Assembly (NCBI RefSeq): GCF_036321535.1 | Contig: NC_087437.1 | Coordinates: forward strand, 39,682,001-39,746,000 | Reading direction: 5' to 3' | Length of the DNA stretch: 64,000 nt | DNA from: Camelus dromedarius | Lineage: Eukaryota | Shown here: positions 52,741 through 64,000 of the stretch, one piece after another | How positions within the stretch are numbered: the stretch's first letter is position 1 | Layout of the letters: each line of letters opens with the position of its first letter | The notes under the pieces: generated by a model | What the model saw: the letters and a program-made list of their open reading frames with translations, nothing else | The model's database searches: none | What the model was told of the DNA's origin: nothing | Position numbers and translations under genes: made by a program

Positions 52741-53739
52741 GATGCTGATTCTCCTGAAATAAGTCCGAGGGCAGCAAGAGCTGGAGCGGGGCAGAGACAG
52801 CTTCGTGGCAGCCTTCCAGGGAGATGGCCGGCGCAGTGACAATGCATGTAAGACGAATGACTCACAAAATGCTAATGCTGGTTTTAAAAAAATTGAATTA
52901 AAATGATGTCCACGATGAAAGAAAGAATAAAGAGAAGAGAAAGGAAAGGGAAGGAAAGAGCAAAGCCAGGGAAGTATAAATAGCCTGCTGTAAAGGTACC
53001 TGGCCTTCAGCTAAGGCTACAATATACATTATAAATACTGTCAAGAGCATTTTAAGAAATTGGTCATCCCTTTCCTCCACTTTGTGAGTAATACTTGGGA
53101 ATGGGATAAAAAAAATAATAGTTGCCTCGAGGGAATGTTTAAAAATGAGGTAATTTGCATGTTTCTTCCAGAAAACATTAAGTGTATCCTTCTCCTCTGC
53201 CAGGGTAATTTTGAATTTCTGGCATCAAAGCTGAAATCCTCCACCAAAGTTGATCAATCTGCTGTTACCACTCTGTATTTATGTTGGTGTAATAGTCTAG
53301 TCTACACAGCATTAGACCACGGCTAGTCAGCTATTTAATCTCCAGGTTTCTACTCAAGGCCTCATTGAAAAAATTCCCTGAACTCTGGGTAGACCAATTT
53401 TTGAGCAATTTTTCGATACAAATTCTTCCGATTTGGGGACTATGGCAACTCAGCCAAGGAGGGTGAAAATGATTACTTCTCCAAAGAAAGATCTTGGATA
53501 ATTAAGTGTATTCTCTTCTCGCTTCCCTTTTTCCCTTCTATCACATAATATTTTGGCCTTTTCTCTGCCATCGGGTAAGACCAGTGAGCTGTGGAAAAGC
53601 TGCCTGAATTATGAATTTTGATACACACTGACCTTGATATCTTATTTCACAGGAAAGCGACTACCGTATGCAAGCAGAGGTAATGAATACATTAAAAGAA
53701 AAAGTAGATTTTAGAAACTCGTGACAAATACATTGGGGC

Positions 53740-53875
53740 AGAATCATACAAAGATCTTAAAAACCAGAGTGTAGAGCTAGGAGGGACTTTGGAGTTTATT
53801 CACTCACAATCACTTTTTTCTTACAGTTTTGGAATTGAAGCCCAGGGAAGTAAGGCAACTTGCCCAAGTCAGAGG
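53740..53875 (-). mobile_element. MIR3-like fragment
   Basis: tagagctaggagggactttggag...ttacag...tgaagcccagggaagtaaggcaacttgcccaag. Confidence 0.7.
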
Positions 53876-54126
53876 TTATTTCCAGTTACTCATTAAAAAG
53901 AAATAAATCCATTGGTATCTCCATCGCTGTTCTCCTGAATTCTGCCTGGCTGAATGCCATCTTAACCATGAATTAGCCTCTCCTGCTCCAACTCCTTCAC
54001 CAACTCCTCGGCTCCTTTCTCTGACCTTGTGCTTCTGAGTTTGTTGTTGTAGTTATTGCTCTGGGGTTTTTGTTCTTTTTCTCTTGCTTTTCTCACCGTT
54101 GCTTTGGTTAGGCTGTACTAACTCAC

Positions 54127-54190
54127 CTTTTAGATGCTGCTGACTTCAGGGATTCTGTCTAGCAACTCTGAGTGTGCCCGCACCAATTTT
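54127..54190 (-). ncRNA. Possible upstream exon (64 nt)
   Basis: Minus strand ccctattcacag|AAAATTGG...CTAAAAG|gtgagt; consensus donor, modest acceptor. Confidence 0.25.
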
Positions 54191-54968
54191 CTGTGAATAG
54201 GGTGTGATCAATACGGCTGTGCCATTCACAGCCACTGAATTAAAACTTTACACAAATAATTTTAGCACTTCTGCTGCCCTCAAGAATTCTAAAACCTATC
54301 AAGTTATATGGAGGTATGTAAGATGAATAACATCAACTGCTATCTATATTCAGTTAAAAGTCCCTTCACCATGTATTCATTCACTTGATAAATCTCCTCT
54401 AAAACTTAAAAAAACCCAAAAAAAACCAAAGTGACCATTTTAGCATTCCTGTTTTACAGCTAAGACCGAGGCCACACACTAAACACTGACAACATGGTGT
54501 CTAGGGTTTGGAATCCCAAATCTCAGATGCTCTCTACCATTAATATGTAAAATTATTTAAGTTGAAATACTAAGCCACTGGGGCCAACTCTGTCCTTTAT
54601 CCAGGTCTGTCCTAATGAGTTGTGCCATATTTAACAGGTAGCGCTATTTGGTCAAGGGAGCCGAGACAGAAGCCACGACAACAGGGAAACGTGTCCTACG
54701 CACTTCTTGTTTTTGTTCTCTTAACTGCTGGCTGCTTTCTCTTGGAGAAACCATCTGGGCTGTCCTAATAGCTATCACTCAACTCTCCATGGTTCAAAGA
54801 TCTGGTTTAAAGATTAGTCCTGAGAACATCGTTTAATGCTATGACTAGGATTTTTGGGTCTGTTGTGATCATGTTTTTTCTTCTTTCCCTCAAAATATCT
54901 TCTATATTTCAATGTAAGGCTTACTTGAGTCTAAAAGCATTCAGTGAAAAATATATATTCACTAAAAG

Positions 54969-55208
54969 CAGGGCAGTGTATGGGGGTAAGTACTCAGCCT
55001 TTGAAGCCTGACTGTGTGAAATCAAAGCTCAGCTTCACAGCTCACTAGCTGTGTGACCTTGATAAAGTCATTTAATCTCTTTGTGCCTCAGTGTCCTCCC
55101 CTGTAAAATGGGTTCTTATGAGAGCTAATTAGTTAATACTTACAAAGTGCTTAGAATAGTAACTGCCTGACTGACACAAAGTAACTATTTAAATGTCATC
55201 TATTATGA
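54969..55208 (+). mobile_element. MIR SINE, near full length
   Basis: ctcactagctgtgtgaccttgataaagtcatttaatctctttgtgcctcagtgtcctcccctgtaaaatggg core; aaagtgcttagaatagt. Confidence 0.9.
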
Positions 55209-56792
55209 TAAAAGTAGGTATAAAATGGAGAAAATGGTCATTAGTCTCTGATTTTCTATCAGTTGGTATTAATAGGTTTGTGCCTCTTTATTTTTAGAAA
55301 ACACTGAATTCCCTGACATTTGGGCCACTAAAATGTTTCATTTATATTGGTTACAAAATTGGCTGAACTTCCTCCTCACATTCTGAAATTTGCCTTTTAC
55401 AAAGCATAGACCCAGTAGCCATAGTTCTGAAGAGCTCACATTGAAACGAACAAATAAAACTCATCTGTTGTGATATGTTCATTTTCATTAAAAAGACATC
55501 AGTCTGCTCTGCACTCCCATTAGAAATAGAACTTAATCTCTGACAGGCGTTTCTCATTTTCCAGTTATTCTCTAGGGAGTACACACTGGCATGCTGGCAA
55601 TAATTTTTTTGGCTCTGTGCTATGGTTGCAAATGGTGTCATTGTTCTTGGTTAAATCTGTGAAAAGTAAGCCTACCCCTCTTATTTTTTGGCTTCACGCT
55701 AAAGTAGCCTTCATGGCAAAGAACTCTCTGAGTTTATCAGTCTCCATTCACTGCCCATATTCCAACATGATCAAAGTCTGCTGAAATAGCTATACACTGA
55801 GCTTTGTTTTTCCCTCTTTCCAATTTCTACACTTGTCAAGGATAATAACACATGTTGAAACAAAACCTAGATTTTTATATTTGTTGGTCAATTCAGGAGC
55901 TTCAGAGAGAAACAGGACAGGATAAATATTTATTCTTAAATATTTCCTTGCAGGCAGGAGACACAGGTTTCGGTGTCACTTGTTAGTGAATTTTGTCGTT
56001 GACTATTTTAAACTACTTAGTCATACTTAGGACAGATGTTTAACAAATCATTAATGAAAAGATGGCACTTAATGTGCGTCAGAATCCAGTGTATAGATTA
56101 GAGACCAGTTCTAAAGATTCCAAAGATATGAGAAAGAAGCAATGAAAAACATTCCATGATAATAGACTGCTTTTTCCCTAAGTAGTTTGTTCATTCCCTT
56201 TGGGATTCTAGTTGCATAATAAATTTCCCTCTCAAATTATTTCTTTAGAAATAGTGTAAACATGAACAGCCTCTGTCTGAAAAATTAGATCCTAAATAAA
56301 AGTTAAATTAGTGTAATTTTACATTGTTGTAAGAGATAAAGTGATATTCTAGAAGATAAAATTTTTTCTGTTGTATTAAAAGATCTAAATTATTTTTCTT
56401 TGGCTCTTATTCAATAATAGATTTTACATGCATGGAGCACCGGGTTTATTGACTGACTGTGCACCGTGTCAAATTATTGATGTAAGACATTCAAAGTTCT
56501 GTGTAGCTCAGCCACAGTCAGCTTTCTCCTAAATGCATGTTACAGATTAAGAAACTTAAAACAGAGGGTGTATCTGTGGTGCAGTGTCCATGGTTCTAAT
56601 CACTTGCTGGGGAGCACCCACCTTCATGGTTTTATCCTTACAGAAAAAGCAGCACAGGACACATTCCTTTTCAAACTACTGGCTCAACACTCTATCTTTG
56701 ACTGGGAAGAGACAATCTTAATAGAATCAATTACCCCTTTTTTTGCAGGGAAAGGAAACAGACACACAGGGCTGAGTCTTTTGCAAGTTCTG

Positions 56793-56914
56793 TTATTTGC
56801 TCGTCAAATATTTATGGAATGTCTATCCTGGGCCAGGCTGTGATCCAGGTGTTTGGGATAAGTCAATGGACAGATGAGAAGAAAGACAGGCTGCTCTCTA
56901 GGAGCTTTCATGGT
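56793..56914 (-). mobile_element. L2 3' end fragment
   Basis: caaatatttatggaatgtctatcctgggccaggctgtg...aggtgtttgggata...ggagcttt. Confidence 0.7.
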
Positions 56915-57234
56915 AATTTCTAATAACAACATCCTAAATTTTAAAAATAAGAAGCCATTGCCACTCCTAGCCAAGACTGCTGCTGACGAAAAGCACTCTG
57001 TGACAACAATATGCCTTTATTTCACAGCCTCCTGCACATTCTTTGGTATTTGATTGTCACAGCAGGAGAATAGACCTTTATGCCTAAAGTGCCCTTCTTG
57101 ATCAAACTCCTATTCAAACGAGGAAGCTCAGCTCAAATGCTTCCTCCAGGAAGCCCTCTCTGACTCATCCTGAAAATCAACTTTACGTTACAACAACGTG
57201 CTGCTCAGATATCAAGGAAATGATGTCTCCAATT

Positions 57235-57610
57235 CCCATATCAGGTGAGTTCCTGTATTTAATCCCCTTGTGCCCCAGCTTCTCTTGCACTGAGCTAGAG
57301 CCATGTGACTGAGCAGGACAAACAGGATGTAAACCCAGGTGATGAGTCACTTCAGTCCAGGCACTTTACAGTCAGTGGTTCTTCTCCATCGCTCTCTTCT
57401 CTCCCAGGGTGAATTTGGAAGCCTTATGTCGCAATGGTAGCATCACAAAGAAACCTGGGTCTTCAAGCCCATTTCTGGAGAAACATCCACCAACCAGCAC
57501 TGAGTGCTGATGGAACAAGAGATACACTATTAAGCCATACACATATACACTGTTAAGCCATAAGATTGGGGGATTTGCCTGTTGAGGCAACTGACATTAA
57601 TGATCATGAC
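57235..57610 (+). mobile_element. MLT1J-like MaLR LTR
   Basis: gccatgtgactgag...gtgatgagtcacttc...gaagcc...cctgggtc...ccaccaaccag...tgttaagccataagattggggg. Confidence 0.7.
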
Positions 57611-58265
57611 TAATACAGTGACAAGAAGAAGAACTTGTTTTGTTTTTGCCCCCCAAGAGGCACATCTCTTATACAAGAGACAAGGAGTGACATTAAAGGT
57701 GCACCAGGCTGCTACTCCCTCTGCAGGGGCTGGAGCAGGACTGAGGGCAAGCACTCCTTTCCCCAGTTCAGCTGCCTTTTCCCCTAATACTTTCTCCTGT
57801 CTTTTCTTTTGATCCAAAGCAGAAAAACCATAAAATGCCCTCAAACAATGAGCTGAGTTTACATTAGCCATTTGTTATTTTTTTCTTCAAGATAAAAGGT
57901 ATTTAAGTCCTGTCATTGAGAACTGAAGGAGCAGGAGCTCCTTGTGTAAATCTCTTTTTAGATCATATACAGAGCAGTTTACACATACACACAGAGTCTA
58001 CTTATAAACATTCTTTTACTCATGTATAGGATGGTTGAAAGACAGGAGAAATATTAATTCTAGATTCCAATTAATTTCACCATGAAATATTAAAGAAAAT
58101 TATGTTTGCTTTCTTAAAGTAAATGGAAGTTAGACTATCAAAGATTAATAAAAATTGCTTCTAATAGCTAAAAACAGGGACCTATTGCTAGCCTCATAAT
58201 GTCCCTTTCCCTGATTTAGCATGAAGGGACTGGGGAAATGGGAGAATATGAGTACAAATCCTACA

Positions 58266-58389
58266 CTTTTTTTTTAAAGTCTTATTTGGGGGGTAATTAG
58301 CTATTTTTTTTTTAATGGAGGTACTGGGGATTGAACCCAGGAACTCGTGCATGCTAAGCATGCGCTCTGCCACTGAGCTATGCCAGCCC
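58266..58389 (-). mobile_element. Camelid-type tRNA-Ala-derived SINE (Vic-1-like) with target-site duplication
   Basis: Minus strand GGGCTGGCATAGCTCAGTGGCAGAGCGCATGCTTAGCATGCACGAGTTCCTGGGTTCAATCCCCAGTACCTCCA plus A-rich tail; A box and B box intact; TSD aaatcctaca at 58256-58265 and 58394-58403. Confidence 0.92.
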
Positions 58390-59134
58390 ACATAAATCCT
58401 ACATTCTTAATAAAAGCTTTATTATTAAGTCAAATTATATTTTGCTTCTTTCCAGTATGTAAAATTTCATGTGGATGGAAAGATAACAAATAAAAATTAT
58501 TTTTCATTCCATGTGGAAAAAAACAACTCTGCCCAAGACAATAGTTAAAGTAACTATAGAGATAGGAAAATAAACTATGGTATTAATTAATAGGTTGAAT
58601 AGAAATATGATCACTTCCATGGGGCAGATTCAGATACTAGGTATTCCAAGTCCAAGATTGACAGTCTTGGAATTAAAACCTGAAATCTAAGTAGACTATG
58701 CCAAATTGTATGCTATACCCTAACTTCTAAATCCCTGAGGGAATTTTGAATCTAACAAGCAACATGGGAAAATAAGCAGCACGTGCCATTTTCTCTTCTA
58801 TAAATTAGTGCTGTTGCTTTTTATTTTTTATTTTTTTTGCCTTGGCTGCTGGGAAGCTCAGAGATAAAGAATTAGTGCTTTCTTATAGCTCTTTTCAGAA
58901 TTGGTTATTAAATATACTTCCTTCCCCCTTCTGCTTCTACTCCTCAGTATTTATCTTATGCTAGGAGTCTTTGGGGTGGGGGGTTGTACCTTTATTTTTG
59001 TTGCAAGCTGCCTCAAGTGCTTTGTGGAAATAATGGTGGAATAACTTTCAAAAATGATAAATTAAAAAATAGCAAAGTATCAAGTACAAATATGATTGCA
59101 TTTCTGAAACTATCCATTCCAAATGGAACCACCA

Positions 59135-59248
59135 AATGTTAGAAGGGAAGAAGTCTTAGAAGCCATGCAGAACCCTTGGTAAGTAGGTAAGGAAGAGGAC
59201 CCAGAGAAGTTAAATAATCTACCTAATACACACAGATAATTAGGGACC
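59135..59248 (-). mobile_element. MIR3-like fragment
   Basis: aatgttaga...cttagaagccat...aggaagaggacccagagaagttaaataatctaccta...acacagataattag. Confidence 0.6.
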
Positions 59249-60912
59249 ATTTCTCCTGTATCATCTCTTTCCCTTTCACTATAAGATATATCTCTGCTTC
59301 AAATACAATATCCAAATCACCACATACTATATTAGCTTAATTTATTTCTTTTGCACAAATTTTTGAAGTTTCCTACATAAAGAGCAAGTATTTTAAACCT
59401 AATGTGCTCCATAGACCGCCACTCTCATCTGCCAACAGACAGCAGTCCTTCCCACCGATGGCTGCTCAGGCAGCTGCCAAGGGAAGGAGATTATTCCCAT
59501 GGACTCCTGCCAGGAGCCTGGCTGGGAACTGTGCTCACGGCTAACTGTTGCTCTGAGTGGTTACATTAGTCAGGAGCTAGAACTGTCAGGATCTCTACCA
59601 ATTAGGACCTGCTTAAGCAGCAGCAAAACAGAAAGAAGTTAGAGAAAGCTCAGTTGCCAATGTTCTTGATAGATAAATCAACCCCAATTTGGGGAAAGAT
59701 TTTGTCAACCTTATGCTGGGCTATGATATATAGTAAATAATGGCATCCTTGAGCTGTTCATTCTAAATCACTGCCCCATCAGTGGGTAATTGTGGGGCTG
59801 ATCCTGGTCACACAGGTCATGTTGTGGCTAATATATAGGATCCTCTTCAGAGGGCTCTGTGCTGATAAGATATGGCAGCAGGGATGATGGAATCCAGACA
59901 GACAGTCGGACATGCCATGCATGCAGACAGAGATGGGCTCCAAAGAACCTCTGTTATTTGAGAATCAATATACTCACAATACTTTTGCTCAATAGCAAGA
60001 ATGTGCAACAATTACCTGGCAAAGTACACTTAAGAAGGGCTCTACTGTCTTACAGATATTAATATATTATTAATGCCTCTCACTTGTAGTTGTAAGGGTC
60101 CAATTTTCAAAATGGGGAATTTGGAGTCTGACACAGCAGTCACCATCGGAAGATTCAGGCTCACAAGCCTGGCCATTAGGTCCTTTTCAGGTGGGAGAGT
60201 GGAGTGAAGGGATGTGTGACATCAGAGAATACGAGCAGGAGAATAAAATGGTAAGTTAATGCACATGGAGTCAAATACTTTAAGAATGGTCTAACAGGAG
60301 ACGATGGGCTCTAACCCATTATTGACTATGTTTTCCCATGCATACCAGATGACATGTCAGACTCCAGTTCTCCACAATTCTTCCTACTCACTAAGGAGCC
60401 AAGATACTGGGGTAGTCAGTGACTAAGGAATCAGTAGCACTGGGCTGTAAAGCCATTCTTCACTTAGGGGACGCAGTGACATTAATGGATTTCCGGGTGT
60501 GGGAGTCTTCCAGCATTATTGCTTCTCGAAACCTCCTTGATGTCTTCAGAGGTCTCTAATCTGTATCCTGCCAGAACAAACACTATACACAGAGTGTGCT
60601 AGTTACAAGGTAACACGGCTGCCAGTCTGACATTCAGGAACGTTTTCACATTTACTCTAAATGATTATCTTACATTTAAGTCAACATAAATAAAAGGAAT
60701 TAACTCAACAAAGGAAACTAACCTTAGTTAGAGACAAACTCATCGCCAGAGAGCACCATAAATCTCATGACCAATGAGATATTGGCAAATAAATCCTCCT
60801 CAGTGTTGCCCACAGTGCATCTGCTAGTAAAGTTACGTGTTAGTACATTTATGTCCCCTTAGTAAGACCTGGGACAGTCCATCATCATTAGTCATGGTCC
60901 TAAATTACTTAC

Positions 60913-60961
60913 CATGGGTTGCAATTTCAGGCATTTGAAAATTTTGTAGTCTTTAAACATG
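60913..60961 (-). ncRNA. Possible upstream exon (49 nt; alternative acceptor at 61108)
   Basis: Donor CCCATG|gtaagt; acceptors tgcttacttcacccag| (60961) or gttctctttcctggttcag| (61108). Confidence 0.22.
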
Positions 60962-61319
60962 CTGGGTGAAGTAAGCAAATTATTTGCTATTTACTTCTAA
61001 ATATTTGCTTTTCATTAGTTATCTACGAAGCATGCTTTGGTGAAGTCAGCATGGTATTCATTCCAGGCTCACTCTCAAGCCAATAGAAACAATGGAAACA
61101 GCGTCTCACTGAACCAGGAAAGAGAACACACAATTCAGAGATGATAGTTCCTAAGTTATCCTCCCATTGTTTCACTCACATAAAGCAATCTGAATTTCTG
61201 ATCCCATATCATATTTGGTCTTTTCATACTGGCAATTTGAGGAAATACTATCAAAGAAAAAATATATTGTAAAATATTACACTTCCAAACCCTAAAGTAA
61301 TAGTGTGAAATATAGAATT

Positions 61320-61905
61320 ATAGAGACAAAAATTGCCGGCCCAATAGCAACTCTTCTTTTTGACCTTACTAATAATAGATCCAATGTTACTCAGGGAGAG
61401 AGAAAGGCAGGAAAGGAGGAAGGATGGAAGGAAGGAAGGAAGGAAGGAAGGAAGGAAGGAAGGAAGGAAGGCAGGCAGGCAGGCAGGAAGGCAGGAAAGC
61501 AGGAAGGCAGGAAGGCAGGATGGATGGATTACGTTTCCCAGCTTGCCTTGCAGCTGCCCTGGTTCTGGTCAATTAAATATAAGCAGTTGTCAATGGGTGA
61601 GGGCTTCCAGAAAAGCCCTTCAAAGGAAGTTGACTTATTGGCATGCACCATTCTTTCTCATTGTTCTTGACTTTTTTCTTGCTTAGGACATCCTCATGAT
61701 GGCTGGCACTTTGCAACCAACCATCTTGAGAACAAGAGGACGGAGGTCATGCCCAACATCAGTACAACAGGAAGCCAGATGGATGGAGGTTCCTAGTGAC
61801 ATCATAGAACCGCCATATCAGTAACTGGCTGCTGGCCCTCACACTTCTTTTAAATTTTAAGCCACAATTTGGGGAGCTTCTCTTACTCATACAGATAAAA
61901 ACAAG
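61320..61905 (+). mobile_element. MLT1K-like MaLR LTR interrupted by a microsatellite
   Basis: tttcccagcttgccttgcagct...ttctggtcaat...tgatggctgg...ccatcttg...tcctagtgacatcatagaaccgc...tttaagccac. Confidence 0.75.
61396..61529. repeat. Compound (GGAA)n/(GGCA)n/(GGAT)n microsatellite
   Basis: Directly visible; source of the GRKE/PSFL pseudo-ORFs. Confidence 0.95.
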
Positions 61906-61911
61906 GAAGTT

Positions 61912-62080
61912 GTAAAAGTATTGGCTTGAGGCCTGGTTTCTAGTCCTTCCCCTTCCAAGAACCATGCGGCCTTTGAAAATCTCTCTTTACATCTTATGAC
62001 CTCAGTTCTCTTCTTTATAAACTAACTGAGTTGAGCTGGATGACCCTAAGGACAGCTTTCATTTTACTAGTTGTGATTTT
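61912..62080 (+). mobile_element. MIR3-like SINE fragment
   Basis: cctggtttctagtcct...cctcagttctcttct...gagttgagctggatgaccctaagg...tgtgatt. Confidence 0.7.
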
Positions 62081-64000
62081 CAACTACCCATCTTTAGCTC
62101 TCCAGTATCATTCTCAAATGCCCATGTAAAAAAGAAAAAACTTAATATTGGGCTGGTGAATTTTAAAATAAAAGAAGAAAAAGAAGGACAAGTAGTTACA
62201 AACCCTAGAATCCACAAAGCAGAAGATCACAGTTCAAACAAGGTTTAATTAAAGAAAGCTAACGTTTTAACAAATGCCATCACTAACAGAAAATGTTTTG
62301 GCCCAACTCTCAGAGGGTCTGACTAGGATAAGCAAACTGAGGCAAGAAGGAGCTGCCCCTTGCCTTCTTCTAACTACATTTAGGAAAGGGATTTATGAAC
62401 CTTAGAGGGCGGACAGTAGGGAAGAGATGAACCCCGGCCCCGGCTGTTCCACTCACATGATGGAACATTAATCTATTTAGAAGTAACCCTGGGTCAGGGC
62501 TGAGCTCAAGGTAGTTGAGATTCTGCTGCCCTTGGCTGGAAAGGAGTCACCCTTTTCTATTCTCCCTGCTCCTTCTTGAGTGCTTCTGGGGTGTAGTAGG
62601 AAGGTGACAGAAGAACATCTCTCTAGCACAGTCCATTTTTGTACAGCCCAACAGTTCTGCAGGGGTATACAAATCAACCTGTAGTTATTAGTTGCCTACT
62701 GTGTACATGCCATTTTGTCAGGGGTGGGAGGTCCTACAGACACACAATGTCATCCTCATGATCCAGGGACGCAGGGAAAAGAGGGGGGCTCTTTTAATTT
62801 CATCTCACTCTCCTGACAGAATTTATTATTAACACACATAAGCCAGAAGTCATTTCCTCCATTCTGGAAGATTTCACCCCAGTGGCCTGGTTTTAGTGCA
62901 CAGCTCAAATAAGTACCCCCAAAATCTCACAATATTTTTCATAACCTTGCCTCTAGCAGAGGGAATAATGCTGAAAAATTTTAAATAAATATATATATAT
63001 TTAAAAACCCCACAATGATAGCCAATTAGTTCCTTATGTTACTCACAAGAAGCAAAAAAATTATATCTATTCTTAAGTCTATACCAAATTTTTATGTTCC
63101 CATCTGGCAGAGCCAAGCAATCTTTCTCTACTTGCAATGCCCTTTACCACCTTGAAACTAAAGCATCTGGGATGGAAAATCTTTGATATCCCTCTCATAC
63201 CAACCTTGTGAAAAAAGATATATGTCTAAGTTTATGGCGACAAACGGTGTCATTATCTCCCTTCCTCTAATATTTAACCAAGCTGAACACTCAGGGGGAA
63301 AATGTTATCTGAAATCCAACCACTTTATATACATTCGCTTGGTCTTCTTTTGACAATTCAACTAGCTTTTCTCACAAGTATCTCAAATACTTGTTTGGAA
63401 AGCTTTTCTCAAGTGAGTGTGCAAACAGGAGGAGGACTGTTCTTTAGCAATCCCTCCTCATAAGCCTCCAACGACACTATCTTCTTGTACTTTAGTTAAT
63501 GAAAAGATAAATACAGTCAGTGCTGTGCCCAGCTGTGTTTTTCTTACATGGAGGAATTCACAAAAGGAAAATTTTAAATCATACAGTTATCAGTGAACGA
63601 GCTTGCTAAAGCAAATAGATTTCGGTCTCCTGAGTTTGCTTCAATAAAAGATTAAACGCTAATAGTGCAATTTAACCACACTCAACAGATTTATGAATAA
63701 TCAAAGTTTGGAGGAAGGCCAGGCCGTTTAAGAACATTACCTAGCAAACAGATGCCAATAGTACACAGACATCTTCCCTGTAGCTAAGCAGCCGTATTTC
63801 CTATCACCCGATTCAATATTGACTGAATAATTGGCCTTTACAAAACATTTATTAAAACGCACCATTTACCACACACCCAATGCTTGTTTAAAAATTTCAG
63901 GCAGGGAGGCGGATGGGGCTGAGGGAGACACACAAGTTCTTTCTAATTACTAAGTGAATTTAATTGGTAAACAGCAACAAATCAGCTCTGGAATTGTTAG

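Noticed and set aside
58316..58389. tRNA-Ala gene
   Set aside because: Acceptor stem is disrupted, and the A-rich tail plus TSD show a retroposed SINE
60191..60250. Plus-strand 60-nt exon-like segment (ccttttcag|...ATG|gtaagt; VGEWSEGMCDIREYEQENKM)
   Set aside because: Isolated, with no convincing partner exons or known protein match; illustrates the chance background for splice-site pairs
61305..61686. ORFs with GRKE/PSFL repeats
   Set aside because: Translation of the (GGAA)n/(GGCA)n microsatellite inside an LTR
1..64000. Prokaryotic-type systems (CRISPR arrays, operons, IS elements) or an intact endogenous virus
   Set aside because: The sequence is clearly mammalian non-coding DNA; no spacer-repeat array and no long ORFs were seen

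Overview
AT-rich mammalian genomic DNA, most likely a camelid (camel, alpaca or llama), judged from a young tRNA-Ala-derived SINE with target-site duplication at ~58.3 kb. I recognise no protein-coding gene; the supplied ORFs look like chance, microsatellite or repeat read-throughs. The window is intronic or gene-desert-like and carries many ancient eutherian repeats (MIR, L2, old L1, MLT1 MaLR LTRs, MER5A/MER3 hAT elements) and several microsatellites. Repeat families were assigned by eye against remembered consensus sequences, so boundaries are approximate. The most interesting signal is inferred: a chain of minus-strand segments bounded by paired splice acceptors and donors (45.9, 39.2, 26.4, 16.9, 9.1, 7.6 kb, then a terminal exon from 4.9 kb with AATAAA signals). 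It would make a multi-exon, apparently non-coding transcript with one CpG-rich exon carrying a 58-aa small ORF, one donor sitting in a hairpin, and a perfect 105-bp tandem duplication in the last exon. I could not name the locus, and splice signals also occur by chance, so this needs RNA-seq or alignment support.
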